From positions 1-44,573 of the IMG/VR virus record IMGVR_UViG_3300010293_000008: a stretch of DNA of 44,573 nucleotides; one strand, given 5' to 3'. Under the pieces are notes generated by a model that saw nothing but the letters and a program-made list of their open reading frames with translations, did not search any database and was not told the DNA's origin. The translations under genes were made by a program, and so were the position numbers. Of this stretch, positions 28,532 through 37,861 are shown piece after piece. Numbering within the stretch: the first letter of the stretch is position 1; every line of letters begins with the position of its first letter. The stretch is from a virus. Its lineage: Duplodnaviria; Caudoviricetes.

Positions 28532-29048
28532 TCAACTCCTCATGCTTCTTTCGCGCTTCTTGTCGGGCAAGAATGCGTCTTTCTTCTTTCTGGTATTCAA
28601 GTTCGGTTTCGCGTTGTTCTTGCGCCAATACAAGCGCCCGCTTCGATAAAGGCGTAAACAACACCTCGTCAATGACGGAACCAACCAAGGCGCCGGCAAG
28701 CGTCGCAATCGCCATAATTGCAATGCTGTAGACACCATAAAGAATTGCCATTGTCAAAACAATTCCAATCGAGGAACGGCCTTTGAAAAAATCACGGTCA
28801 CGCTTCATTGTGACAAAAAGGAAGATGATCATTCCGATGACAAGCGGAACCGCAAAGAACGGATTCAACGTCACGTGTTCTGGGTCAACCACCATAAACG
28901 TTTCCGATTCCAACGTCGTTTTGAATGCTTCAAAATCAGTAAGCGCTTGATAGCCAAAGAACCCACCGACCGTGGTGAGTCCTAACGTAAGCGTTCCGCC
29001 AAAGTGAAGCATTTTGCTTCGCAACTTATAATGTTTGTGTTTTTGCAT
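28512..29048 (-). CDS. membrane protein (3-4 TM, charged C-terminus)
   Basis: Spans GGTLTLGLTTVGGFFGY, FFAVPLVIGMIIFLFV, IGIVLTMAILYGVYSIAIMAIATLAGALVG. Confidence 0.8.
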   Translation of the reverse strand: MQKHKHYKLRSKMLHFGGTLTLGLTTVGGFFGYQALTDFEAFKTTLESETFMVVDPEHVTLNPFFAVPLVIGMIIFLFVTMKRDRDFFKGRSSIGIVLTMAILYGVYSIAIMAIATLAGALVGSVIDEVLFTPLSKRALVLAQEQRETELEYQKEERRILARQEARKKHEELNDFGNV

Positions 29049-29673
29049 AGCCAGCGTTCCTCAGCATTTCTTCGAACTTTTCGCGGCCGATCGTCAAAAG
29101 CACTTCTTTCATAGCGTTCTCGAAAGCGACCGGATTAGTCACGAGATTCAATGGGAAGTTTTCAAGTTCTTCTTTTGTTCGATTCAAACGTGCGGATAAA
29201 GTCGAAGCAACGCCGTCGCGAACAAGTTGCGGTTCCTTTGCGACCAGTCCGAGAATGACGTCGATATACAGTTTCGACTCAACAGCGACAAGGTTGATAT
29301 GATCGCGATTTGACTCCAAAAACTGGTTGAACGTAGTCAATTCTTTTTTCATGCCAACAAGCGCGTCATTCACGCCTTCGGTAATTTGCTTAACGGAACT
29401 TGCAACAAGCGTCTGCATTTCGGACTTGAATACATCAAGCATGTTCGAGAATTCCGCAGTCGACTTCAGAAACGCTGTTTCAAGCGTCTTTGTACTTACG
29501 CCGAAAAGGTTGAGCAATTCTGTTTTCAGCGCCGATACGGTTTCTGGGAATGAACTCGTCGTGTTTTTGATCCTTGAAAGCGAGATGCCGACCGTGGTCA
29601 AAATACTGATCAATGATGGAATACCGGCAATCGCCACTCCAATCACGTTATTCAAAAACGTATTGATGTCCAT
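29026..29673 (-). CDS. membrane-anchored helical protein
   Basis: N-terminal VIGVAIAGIPSLISILTTVGISL followed by amphipathic helices. GGGAGG RBS. Confidence 0.8.
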   Translation of the reverse strand: MDINTFLNNVIGVAIAGIPSLISILTTVGISLSRIKNTTSSFPETVSALKTELLNLFGVSTKTLETAFLKSTAEFSNMLDVFKSEMQTLVASSVKQITEGVNDALVGMKKELTTFNQFLESNRDHINLVAVESKLYIDVILGLVAKEPQLVRDGVASTLSARLNRTKEELENFPLNLVTNPVAFENAMKEVLLTIGREKFEEMLRNAGYAKTQTL

Positions 29674-29683
29674 AATTTCCTCC

Positions 29684-29968
29684 CTATTTATATTGCACGC
29701 TCTTTTTGAAAATGATTTTATGTATTAGAATCGCCAATGGAAATGTTACCAATTTTTCTGGTGTAAACGGCATCCAAAGTATAGTGAGATACGCCGTTCC
29801 AACCCACTTCGCCCAAGCGATATCGAACTGAATGCCGATCCAAAAAGCAATGTACGCCCACCCATTCGTAATCATCCACGCAATAGCAAAAACCAAAAAC
29901 GCAGATGGGCGAAGGAATGGGCGTACTTTTCGATTGATCGCTTTGCAAAATTGATTAAACTTCTTCAA
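29684..29968 (-). CDS. small membrane protein, holin-like size
   Basis: 94 aa, basic termini, hydrophobic Trp-rich core. Confidence 0.7.
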   Translation of the reverse strand: MKKFNQFCKAINRKVRPFLRPSAFLVFAIAWMITNGWAYIAFWIGIQFDIAWAKWVGTAYLTILWMPFTPEKLVTFPLAILIHKIIFKKSVQYK

Positions 29969-30368
29969 GACGAACCGGCGGAACCGGATAATCAGATTCG
30001 GTAGTATGCAGATTGATTGTCGACGTAAAATTCAGAACTTGAACACGCCAGTTTCTTTCCGCATCCGTGACCGGACTATACGGCCGTCCGGTTGATGGAT
30101 CGAGGTCGCCTCTTATGATGTAAAGTCCAAGCCTATCATAAGCCGAAAGATATTTCGAACGCCAAATGCGATACTCGTTCTTCTTGTCGAAAATCGTTTT
30201 TTCGTCAACGAACTGCGTTGTTTCGATGAACGAATGCCCATTCCACTTGTAACGGTACGGCTCGATTAACGCATTTTCCGGAACGAACGTCATGACTGTA
30301 TCTGGCGCATCATAATCATAGACAGCAAGAATTTCGCCGCGAGGTCCAATTTTAATGTTCTTGATCAT
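29955..30368 (-). CDS. putative tail fibre assembly chaperone
   Basis: Follows the fibre genes. C-terminal WRVQVLNF..YPVPP resembles the fibre-assembly chaperone pattern. Confidence 0.5.
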   Translation of the reverse strand: MIKNIKIGPRGEILAVYDYDAPDTVMTFVPENALIEPYRYKWNGHSFIETTQFVDEKTIFDKKNEYRIWRSKYLSAYDRLGLYIIRGDLDPSTGRPYSPVTDAERNWRVQVLNFTSTINLHTTESDYPVPPVRLEEV

Positions 30369-30376
30369 GATATCAC

Positions 30377-31033
30377 CTAATCCAAAGTAATGACGTCATA
30401 GACATAGGCGTAAGTTGAAGCAATCGCAGAGATGGTATCAGCAGACGCCGTTGCTTGATACTGAAGTTGTGTATACGTATTTCTGATAAATAGCGTATTA
30501 TTTCCGCTTTTAAGATAAGCGTTGAACGCAATGTGCTGCACAACTGCACTCGATAGCGATATGCCACCAGATAGAACAACGGTATCGGTCGAGGTTGTGT
30601 CAACGAGTTCAAGCCACACAATTTGTCGATGGCGAGTACCCATATATACATATCCGAACACGATTCCAATTTTTTTACCGCGTGGATTTTCTGTCAAAGC
30701 GCAAGAAATCTCAGTCGTTCCATTGAAAGAAACAGACGTAAAGTTCTTAATCGAACGATAGTAAACGTTGCTTGTTGCAATAGAACCGAGTTCAAGCGCC
30801 GTTCGTGCATTAGCGGCCGTTTTTGTTTCGAGAGCGCCGGCACTCCCAGTAAACACTGGGAGGCCGGCAGTTGAACCTATTTTTCCATCGTTAGTAACGT
30901 TTCCGTGTGTGTGTGATGCCGGATTGAACGACGCCGGAATGTTCAAAAGGTTAGCCCAAAGTGTTTTTGGATAATAGACATCACCGTATGTCGTAGATGT
31001 TCGTTTGCGAATCTCAACGGAGTAAGTTGCCAT
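30377..31033 (-). CDS. tail fibre/receptor-binding protein 2
   Basis: HTHG metal-knot motif, AANARTALELG fibre motif, N-terminus shared with the upstream fibre. Confidence 0.7.
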   Translation of the reverse strand: MATYSVEIRKRTSTTYGDVYYPKTLWANLLNIPASFNPASHTHGNVTNDGKIGSTAGLPVFTGSAGALETKTAANARTALELGSIATSNVYYRSIKNFTSVSFNGTTEISCALTENPRGKKIGIVFGYVYMGTRHRQIVWLELVDTTSTDTVVLSGGISLSSAVVQHIAFNAYLKSGNNTLFIRNTYTQLQYQATASADTISAIASTYAYVYDVITLD

Positions 31034-31052
31034 AAGGCGTTACCTCCGTCAA

Positions 31053-32306
31053 TTAGGATACGATGACGAGTGCAAGTGAACCGTCAGCAAATCCGGAAGC
31101 GGCGGCCGAAGTATTCGCCGCGGTCAAATCTGCAAAAATCGGAAGTGTGCTGAAAAAGTCGATTGCTGCTTTTGCTGAGTTCGGCGTCATCAAAACCGTG
31201 TTGTCTGTTCCAGCCTTTGCTTCGGCGGTCGTAGCAAGACGTGCGATACCGGTCAAAGTGGTCGTGGCGGCGCGGATAGATTGTTTCGATCCGGCCGTTA
31301 CGTGTCCAGTAGCGTCAACCGTAAAGTTTGCCATCGTTTCAACAGAACTCAACGAAAGGTTCGCAATCGCGGAATAAGCCGGATGGCTGTAGTTATTCGC
31401 GTTTGCGGCGATACCATCAAGTTTCGTCTTGTCGGCCGCACTCATCAAGCCGGCAAGGGAAGTGGTCGAGTTTCGAATCGTTTGTTTCGTGACGTTCGTG
31501 ATGTGTCCGGCCGCATTGACGACGAGAGCATCGATCGTTTCGATCTCGTTGTTGTCAATCGAGAATCCGGAACCGCCGTCAGCCGGATGGCTGTAGTTGT
31601 TCGCATTCGCTGCGATTCCATCAAGTTTCGTCTTGTCCGCCGCACTCATGACGCCGGCCGCACCCGTAGTCGCATTCGGAAGCGTTCGCTTCGTCGCGTT
31701 AGTTACGTGACCAAGAGTGTTGATGGAAAGAACGTCGATGACCTCAACACCGTCTGCGTCGATTGAAATTGCCGTTTGCGTCGGGTGGGCATAGTTGTTC
31801 GCGTTTGCGGCGATACCATTAAGTTTCGTCTTGTCGGCCGCACTCATCATGCCGTTTGTTGATGTGGTAACGAGCGAATGTTCGTTGTCAACCAAAACAA
31901 ATTCCGGAGTGCTTCCGGTTCCAACGTTGATCAGCCAGTCGCCGGCTTGCATGGTGAACGTTCCGGACGTTGCCGGAGATCCGCTGTGCGTATCGCGATA
32001 CGTTCCGGTATCGACGGTAACGGTCGTATCGGTCGAACAAATGAAGAACAGACCGCGATACGTTCCGCCATGCGTACCGATATACGTTTCCATAAAAGCC
32101 TTCAGTTCCGATGTCGTATCATGTGTCGTCGGAACGATCGCGCCAACGAAACGGATGCCATCGAAAACCGCAGCCGGCATCCATGATGCATCGATCTTCC
32201 CGCCAGAAAGAAGTCCAACGATGTTTTCCGGCAACGTCTTCGGGTAGTAAACGTCACCGTATGTGGTCGTGGTGCGCTTTCTTATTTCAACATTATAGTT
32301 TGCCAT
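31053..32306 (-). CDS. tail fibre protein 1
   Basis: Three copies of G.MSAADKTKL(D/N)GIAANANNY.HP and a GIARLATTAEA fibre motif. Confidence 0.85.
   Translation of the reverse strand: MANYNVEIRKRTTTTYGDVYYPKTLPENIVGLLSGGKIDASWMPAAVFDGIRFVGAIVPTTHDTTSELKAFMETYIGTHGGTYRGLFFICSTDTTVTVDTGTYRDTHSGSPATSGTFTMQAGDWLINVGTGSTPEFVLVDNEHSLVTTSTNGMMSAADKTKLNGIAANANNYAHPTQTAISIDADGVEVIDVLSINTLGHVTNATKRTLPNATTGAAGVMSAADKTKLDGIAANANNYSHPADGGSGFSIDNNEIETIDALVVNAAGHITNVTKQTIRNSTTSLAGLMSAADKTKLDGIAANANNYSHPAYSAIANLSLSSVETMANFTVDATGHVTAGSKQSIRAATTTLTGIARLATTAEAKAGTDNTVLMTPNSAKAAIDFFSTLPIFADLTAANTSAAASGFADGSLALVIVS
31380..31850 (-). repeat. three internal tail-fibre repeats
   Basis: AGTTTCGTCTTGTC(G/C)GCCGCACTCAT recurs near 31420, 31624 and 31822. 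Confidence 0.9.
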
Positions 32307-32316
32307 TTCTTATTCC

Positions 32317-32862
32317 TCACTTCCGTGTGATTTTTTCGTTCAACAAGCCGCGAAGTTCAACGGCCATTTCGGCGGCGCCTTGAACGCCTTTGATGAATGC
32401 ATCGAATTGATAAAGACCTTGTTCAAGTTCGTCCGAACGACGAGCAAGCGCCGCTTTGTAAGCATCGACTTCGGCTTGCTTTTCTTTCAGCCGTTGTTCG
32501 AACGAATCGGCAATCGTCTTTTGTTGCGCTTCTGATTCTTCACGAAGTCGTTTGTACTCTTTCAGAATTTCGGCATCGTTTGCCTCTTTTTCCAAAATGA
32601 GTTTGTCGATCTTCTTTTGCGCTTCTTCCTTGACGGCCTTTACCTTGACTTCAATTTCATCTTTGATCGTTTGCGCTTCTTCCTTGACGGCCTTTACCTT
32701 GACTTCAATTTCATCTTTGATCGATTGTTTCAGACGCAATATCTCAGCGTCTTTGGAATTGACCGTTTCAGAAAGGTGAACGTCGCGTGCGTGATCCGAC
32801 TCCAACCTTTTTGCATATTCGATCAATTCCGCTTTGGTCATTTGCTCTACTTTCTTTTCCAT
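32317..32862 (-). CDS. coiled-coil protein
   Basis: GGAGG RBS before ATG 32862. E/K/A-rich heptads. Confidence 0.75.
   Translation of the reverse strand: MEKKVEQMTKAELIEYAKRLESDHARDVHLSETVNSKDAEILRLKQSIKDEIEVKVKAVKEEAQTIKDEIEVKVKAVKEEAQKKIDKLILEKEANDAEILKEYKRLREESEAQQKTIADSFEQRLKEKQAEVDAYKAALARRSDELEQGLYQFDAFIKGVQGAAEMAVELRGLLNEKITRK
32616..32723. repeat. perfect 54-bp tandem duplication (2 copies, in frame)
   Basis: TTTGCGCTTCTTCCTTGACGGCCTTTACCTTGACTTCAATTTCATCTTTGATCG at 32616-32669 and 32670-32723. Confidence 0.95.
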
Positions 32863-32872
32863 ATTTCCTCCA

Positions 32873-33193
32873 TCAATCAACTATTTTGAACCAAAAGTCT
32901 TCGCCATTTTGCGGTTCTTCCGCTCCGGAAGCGAACGTTCCGGCGTATACACCATTTTCATTCAAAACTGCGTCGAAGATATTTTTGATGTCTTCAAGAC
33001 GCCCTTTCAAAATAGAAAGCAGACTGTCACTTTCGCCAACAATCGCTTTCGAAAGCATTTCACGAATCATTTGTCCGGTCCAACCTTGTGCTGTCGGATT
33101 CAACGGCATCATGTTCGGCGCATTGTTTTTAACAGCAAGTTCTTCGGCAAACGTTAACGCCAAGGCATCGATCATTTGATCTACGGTAGGCAT
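32873..33193 (-). CDS. hypothetical tail-associated protein
   Basis: GGTGA RBS. C-terminal SGAEEPQNGEDFWFK resembles fibre-adaptor motifs. Confidence 0.65.
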   Translation of the reverse strand: MPTVDQMIDALALTFAEELAVKNNAPNMMPLNPTAQGWTGQMIREMLSKAIVGESDSLLSILKGRLEDIKNIFDAVLNENGVYAGTFASGAEEPQNGEDFWFKIVD

Positions 33194-33215
33194 GTTTTCA
33201 CCACTTTCTTCACAT

Positions 33216-33225
33216 ATTATACCAC
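33216..33225 (-). promoter_or_regulatory. extended -10 promoter (GTGGTATAAT)
   Basis: Intergenic, upstream of the fibre and membrane genes. Confidence 0.65.
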
Positions 33226-33229
33226 TTTT

Positions 33230-36200
33230 TTATCCGATTGTCTTCAGCAACCGGTTTAATTTGTAAATAATTTCGATAGCATTTAATTCGACTTGACCTT
33301 GCGCCGCGACGAGAAACTGAATATAAAGGAAGTTGTTTTCCTTCGCCGGAACCGATACCGCGAATTCATTGAACGTATTGATCGTAAATGTATTCAAGTC
33401 AATGTCGCCAAAGTCAAAAGTGTTTGCCAAGTCGATTTGCTTGTTTACAGCGATTGCTTCATTTTCATTCAATCCGCGAAGCCGACGCATTGTTTTATAC
33501 CCGAAATACAGATTGTTAACAGCGTTCATTCTCGTTGCATAGAAGTTTACACGAAACATCGTTTTTTCCATTAGGTCATTTCCCATATCAGTAATTGCGC
33601 TGAGCCAAGTTACATCAATGATTTGTTCTGTAAAGATCGTGCAATCTTGAAGAGCAAACAGTGCAGCAAATTCAATGGAATCAACGACGTTAGCATAAAC
33701 GCGTGTGTAAAAGTTAGGAACACTTTCGTTTTGATTCTTCACAAGATGCGGAACATCTTCTTTTTTGACAGTTGAGAGAATGAAACCGATCCCCCCATCA
33801 TTCGGAATAAGGAACGTCAACGCTATATATAACGCTGTCGTTCCGGTTTGATCCGGAACTATAAAAGACAACTTTTCTGGATTTGCAAGCAAGCCATCAA
33901 ACGACGACGGTAACTGGAAATATATTTGTGATAAACTGACCGTTTCTGGAACTTCCTCATCACCGTAAAGATACGAAAAGTATTGAACAAACAATGCGGC
34001 CTCGTGGAATGTTGCCAACATGTCTTTGTCGTTGAATTCAAAGTGGTAAATCATTTCGTTTCCTTCTACAACAAACATCGGATCGCCATCCGAAACTTTT
34101 CCAAATCGCAAAGGCAACGGCAATGCCCATTTAACGATTTCGTAACTGTAATTTTCAATGACACTATTTGGATTGTGAGAAATATATCTGCTGTCACATA
34201 CAAAAGCCTTGTTTCCAACGATAATATACATGTTGTAATTATTTTCCACGATAAACGGAACTTCTTTACCGACCAACGAAAGTTCGCGAACAAGGTCTTT
34301 ATTGATGAAACCACTGCGCAATTTCAGAAGTCGTTCGTCAGTCAAAACATTGCTTGAAAGTTCAATAGCGAAAAGGCCATTCCTTGAAAGAATGACAACA
34401 TCATTATAAAACCTTGCCAAGCAACGTGGGTTGATTGGCGATTCGCCAACGCTTGTTTTGAATTCGTTATACCAAACAGAACCATTCTCGTTGACGTTTC
34501 GAATGCGAACAAACAGAACGTTGTCGTTTGGATACGTTTCTTTCGTTACGTAAAGTTGATTATCCGTTGCAACGATATATCCATTGATAGCGCCGCGACC
34601 ACCAAGAACACGATAGTTCTTCGACGGAAAATATGATAATTCATAACTTTGCGACTTCACGTTGTTGCCAAGTAAATCATTCGAAACATTGAACCGATCA
34701 ATGTTCGGGAATTCCGGATTGCCAGCCAGAAACAATCTGTTTTCACTTCCGAAAACAGTTCCGAATTTACAATTTGCTATGTAGTCATAGTTTGGATTGT
34801 TTTGGAAAGAAACCGATATATCAATACTCGGTTCATTGTTGTAATCGTAGAAGTAATCATTTAACGTAAACTTGAAGAACGCAGAGTCATCGCTCAGTTC
34901 AAAGCGATAAAGATTTTCGACGATCGTTTGCGTCGATTTTGATACTTTTCCAGTAAATGAAAAACTTTGCCTTACTTGAAAATCGTATGTTCCGCTCTTT
35001 AGGTATGCGAACGGAACCACGAGGCATTGACCACGATATCCAGTTCCTTCCGGAAGATCAAACGACGTCTGAACTTTAATTTTAGCGAACGCGTTTCCGG
35101 ACGACAAAACTAAATCGCCGCTCGACCCGACCAAATCAACAATAGCATTTCTTATTTGATTGTAAAGCGCGCTTCCTTTGGTATAGTTGAACGTCCAACC
35201 AGTTTGCGATATCAGTTGACCATATTCGATTACCGGCAATGCAGATGGATTCGAAAATGAAGGATACGGCGTAACCGTTGAAAAGTCATCCCATACAAGA
35301 TCGTTGTCAATATCTCCAATATGCCAAGAAGAAGAAATCCCAATCTCGGCGTTTCGATCGACCGACTTCGTGTCGATATAATACATACGGCCTTTTATGT
35401 ACACCAATTCGGCGTCATCGAAATCGTCTTTGTTATCAATGAGATACGAAAGAGCAAGATTTTTGAAGTCATTTGACGTGTAGTTCTGACGAAGGATTGT
35501 TCCAAGGTCTATTGTTTGATCTGGCGTAATTGTAATTGTTGGATAGTTTGGATAAGGAACGCCGGTATCTTCTTCATTCAAAACAACTGATGACTTCAGT
35601 TCTTGATCGACAAACGCGAAAGTAAGTTCATCATACTTCTTGATTTGAACATAAACATTTATATTCTTGTCGACAACGACAATTTCATTCACATAGTTAT
35701 TTGATATGTTACGGAAGATTGATCGGCACTTTGTTTTGACGGTGAAATACAATACCGTATTATTCGAAACGGTTTGCGTTGTAATATAGTTGATAAGATA
35801 ATCAAAAACCGTTTGGTCGGTCGAAAGTCGCATGTTGAAAAACACAGTACGATCAATTCCGTAATCCTCGACAATACGTGTCGGCGTCACATCGGTAGAA
35901 GCACCAAAATACTCAAAGTCGCGTTTTGGATAAAATGTTCCTTCCAACGTGATTGGTTCGAATCCTATCGGCGTCGCACCAAAGTCGCTTACATCAGTAA
36001 AGTTCTCACCAAGTACACCCATGAAAACCGGAAACTTATCAAGACCTTTGTATCTGTTTTTATAGAACTCGATGGTAGGAGTAAAAGAGCCGTGCTTTTC
36101 TTTAACGTAATGAGTCGGAAGAATGTAAATCTTTTTTCCGTCTATCGCATTTCCAGTTCCGGCAAACAATCGATATTTTGTGACGCGCGACAAAAGGTTT

Positions 36201-36796
36201 ACATCTTCGAATCCGCGGTCGCCAAGGTAGATCGTCGGTTCGTATGGTTTCGGTAATTCTTCAAAACTCAAAAATCTTCCATCCGTTGAAGAAAACGGGT
36301 TTTCCGGCTTTGTTTTAATGTCATAAAGTACATATCGAGAAACAAAGATTCCGTCAAAAATCAAAGCAAAGACGAAAATGTATCCAAGCCCAAACAAAAA
36401 CAAGCAGTCTTTTTCCTCGCGAAAAATAGGCGTTCGGCCGCTGAAGTCGAATGGAAGAAATGTGTTTTTGATCCACAACGGCATTCCGCCGGAATACGGG
36501 TTATCGTCCTCGTTGAAAACACTTGCGCCATCTTTGACGTAGATATGATAATTCGTCACATATAGACGAACGTTTTTGAAGTCGTGCCAAGCAATAACAA
36601 TTTCATTTTCGCCCAAAACGAAAGGCAATTCTTCTTTGAAACGAAAAGCCGGACGCGTTTTCAAAGTATCGCTGTCCAGCATGAAGTTCAAGCCGTCCGA
36701 CGCCCGTGGAATGGACACTTTGACGGCCTTATTCTCTTTATCGAGTCCTCGAAAGTTTTTGATCGAGAACACCTTTCTGTCTTTGACTGCGCTCAT
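33230..36796 (-). CDS. podovirus tail nozzle/stabilisation protein with large insertion
   Basis: N-terminal NFRGLD..N..D..LKTRP and beta-propeller-like ENRLFLAG. Position after the adaptor gene. Confidence 0.7.
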   Translation of the reverse strand: MSAVKDRKVFSIKNFRGLDKENKAVKVSIPRASDGLNFMLDSDTLKTRPAFRFKEELPFVLGENEIVIAWHDFKNVRLYVTNYHIYVKDGASVFNEDDNPYSGGMPLWIKNTFLPFDFSGRTPIFREEKDCLFLFGLGYIFVFALIFDGIFVSRYVLYDIKTKPENPFSSTDGRFLSFEELPKPYEPTIYLGDRGFEDVNLLSRVTKYRLFAGTGNAIDGKKIYILPTHYVKEKHGSFTPTIEFYKNRYKGLDKFPVFMGVLGENFTDVSDFGATPIGFEPITLEGTFYPKRDFEYFGASTDVTPTRIVEDYGIDRTVFFNMRLSTDQTVFDYLINYITTQTVSNNTVLYFTVKTKCRSIFRNISNNYVNEIVVVDKNINVYVQIKKYDELTFAFVDQELKSSVVLNEEDTGVPYPNYPTITITPDQTIDLGTILRQNYTSNDFKNLALSYLIDNKDDFDDAELVYIKGRMYYIDTKSVDRNAEIGISSSWHIGDIDNDLVWDDFSTVTPYPSFSNPSALPVIEYGQLISQTGWTFNYTKGSALYNQIRNAIVDLVGSSGDLVLSSGNAFAKIKVQTSFDLPEGTGYRGQCLVVPFAYLKSGTYDFQVRQSFSFTGKVSKSTQTIVENLYRFELSDDSAFFKFTLNDYFYDYNNEPSIDISVSFQNNPNYDYIANCKFGTVFGSENRLFLAGNPEFPNIDRFNVSNDLLGNNVKSQSYELSYFPSKNYRVLGGRGAINGYIVATDNQLYVTKETYPNDNVLFVRIRNVNENGSVWYNEFKTSVGESPINPRCLARFYNDVVILSRNGLFAIELSSNVLTDERLLKLRSGFINKDLVRELSLVGKEVPFIVENNYNMYIIVGNKAFVCDSRYISHNPNSVIENYSYEIVKWALPLPLRFGKVSDGDPMFVVEGNEMIYHFEFNDKDMLATFHEAALFVQYFSYLYGDEEVPETVSLSQIYFQLPSSFDGLLANPEKLSFIVPDQTGTTALYIALTFLIPNDGGIGFILSTVKKEDVPHLVKNQNESVPNFYTRVYANVVDSIEFAALFALQDCTIFTEQIIDVTWLSAITDMGNDLMEKTMFRVNFYATRMNAVNNLYFGYKTMRRLRGLNENEAIAVNKQIDLANTFDFGDIDLNTFTINTFNEFAVSVPAKENNFLYIQFLVAAQGQVELNAIEIIYKLNRLLKTIG

Positions 36797-36807
36797 AAAA
36801 TCACCGC

Positions 36808-37509
36808 CTATTTACCAAAAATCGGTGAACGCTTGACTTTAGTTTGAGTGATGATGGACGGGTTGCGAAGACCCGCGCAAAAGGCGATGTATTCTCTTTT
36901 TGCACTTTGTGCCAACGAGGCCTCGTCCTCTTCATACAATTCGCCTTTTACGTAAAACGGAATCTTGCGCTGGACCTCTTCCGGAAGAAAAAGCGTATTG
37001 AGGTCGAACGTCAGTTCATTCACCGGATAAGGAAGATTCAATTTTTTCATTCGATAGAACACACGGAATTTAACCGATACATCGGTATACTGCGTGTAAT
37101 GTAACAAGACGTCGCGATCCAAAAACTCAAGTTTCATAGTAATTGGATCGAACGAAAAATTGACCGCGTTCATGGTTTGCGCCAGTTGGTTTCCGGAATT
37201 TTTGACAAGATAAATCAGAATGTCGACGCGGGTTGGATACCCAAAGTCACTCGGAAAACCGTAAATATAGTTTTGCCGAACGTTGTCTATAACATGAAGT
37301 TCTTTTTCTGTGAAGCGCTGCCATTCGCCTACATAACTATAATACAAGTCGATAGCGCGACGTATACTGTCGTCCATTCGAACAAGTTTTTCTGCAGTGT
37401 TTGCATTCAATCGGATGGATCCGTTTGTGAATTCTGCTTCACTGAATTGAATGTCCGAATCAGCAAACATCAATCGAAGCGATTGCGCTTTGATATCCCA
37501 AAGTTTCAT
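36808..37509 (-). CDS. putative head-tail adaptor
   Basis: Size and position between the capsid module and the nozzle gene. Confidence 0.6.
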   Translation of the reverse strand: MKLWDIKAQSLRLMFADSDIQFSEAEFTNGSIRLNANTAEKLVRMDDSIRRAIDLYYSYVGEWQRFTEKELHVIDNVRQNYIYGFPSDFGYPTRVDILIYLVKNSGNQLAQTMNAVNFSFDPITMKLEFLDRDVLLHYTQYTDVSVKFRVFYRMKKLNLPYPVNELTFDLNTLFLPEEVQRKIPFYVKGELYEEDEASLAQSAKREYIAFCAGLRNPSIITQTKVKRSPIFGK

Positions 37510-37775
37510 GACGGCCTTCCTTTCACGTCGACAAGAACGCCTTTCTGTTTGATCAGATTCGTATTTACGCGTTCTTTGTACGCGCGATACGATATTGGTG
37601 TAATGTTGACATTTGGTTTGTCTTCCGGATTCATATATTGCGGGTATAGTTGTTTGCAGTCGCTTATGATTTGCGCGTGGTTTCCGCCCTTAAAATAGGT
37701 GATGAGGCTTTTCTGACCTTCACGAATAATAGCCAAAGACTTTATCTCAACCTCATACAGTTTATGCTTGTCCAA
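37506..37775 (-). CDS. hypothetical protein (probable TTG start at 37775)
   Basis: GGTGA RBS. Longer starts would run into the promoter and terminator. Confidence 0.55.
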   Translation of the reverse strand: MDKHKLYEVEIKSLAIIREGQKSLITYFKGGNHAQIISDCKQLYPQYMNPEDKPNVNITPISYRAYKERVNTNLIKQKGVLVDVKGRPS

Positions 37776-37797
37776 AACGATCACCATCCATGCGCTT

Positions 37798-37806
37798 ATT
37801 ATAACA
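37798..37806 (-). promoter_or_regulatory. extended -10 promoter (TGTTATAAT)
   Basis: Immediately downstream of the capsid-operon terminator. Confidence 0.55.
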
Positions 37807-37807
37807 T

Positions 37808-37846
37808 AAAAAAGAAAAAACCGCACCATTCGGCACGGTTTTTTTT
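37808..37846 (-). terminator. intrinsic terminator of the capsid operon
   Basis: Minus strand AACCGTGCC-GAAT-GGTGCGGTT followed by a long U-tract. Confidence 0.8.
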
Positions 37847-37861
37847 GAGGTTTTTTGCCGA

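Noticed and set aside
30377-32306. Diversity-generating retroelement or invertible fibre cassette
   Set aside because: No reverse transcriptase or invertase is visible. The shared segments are direct, N-terminal and not an adenine-specific template/variable pair.
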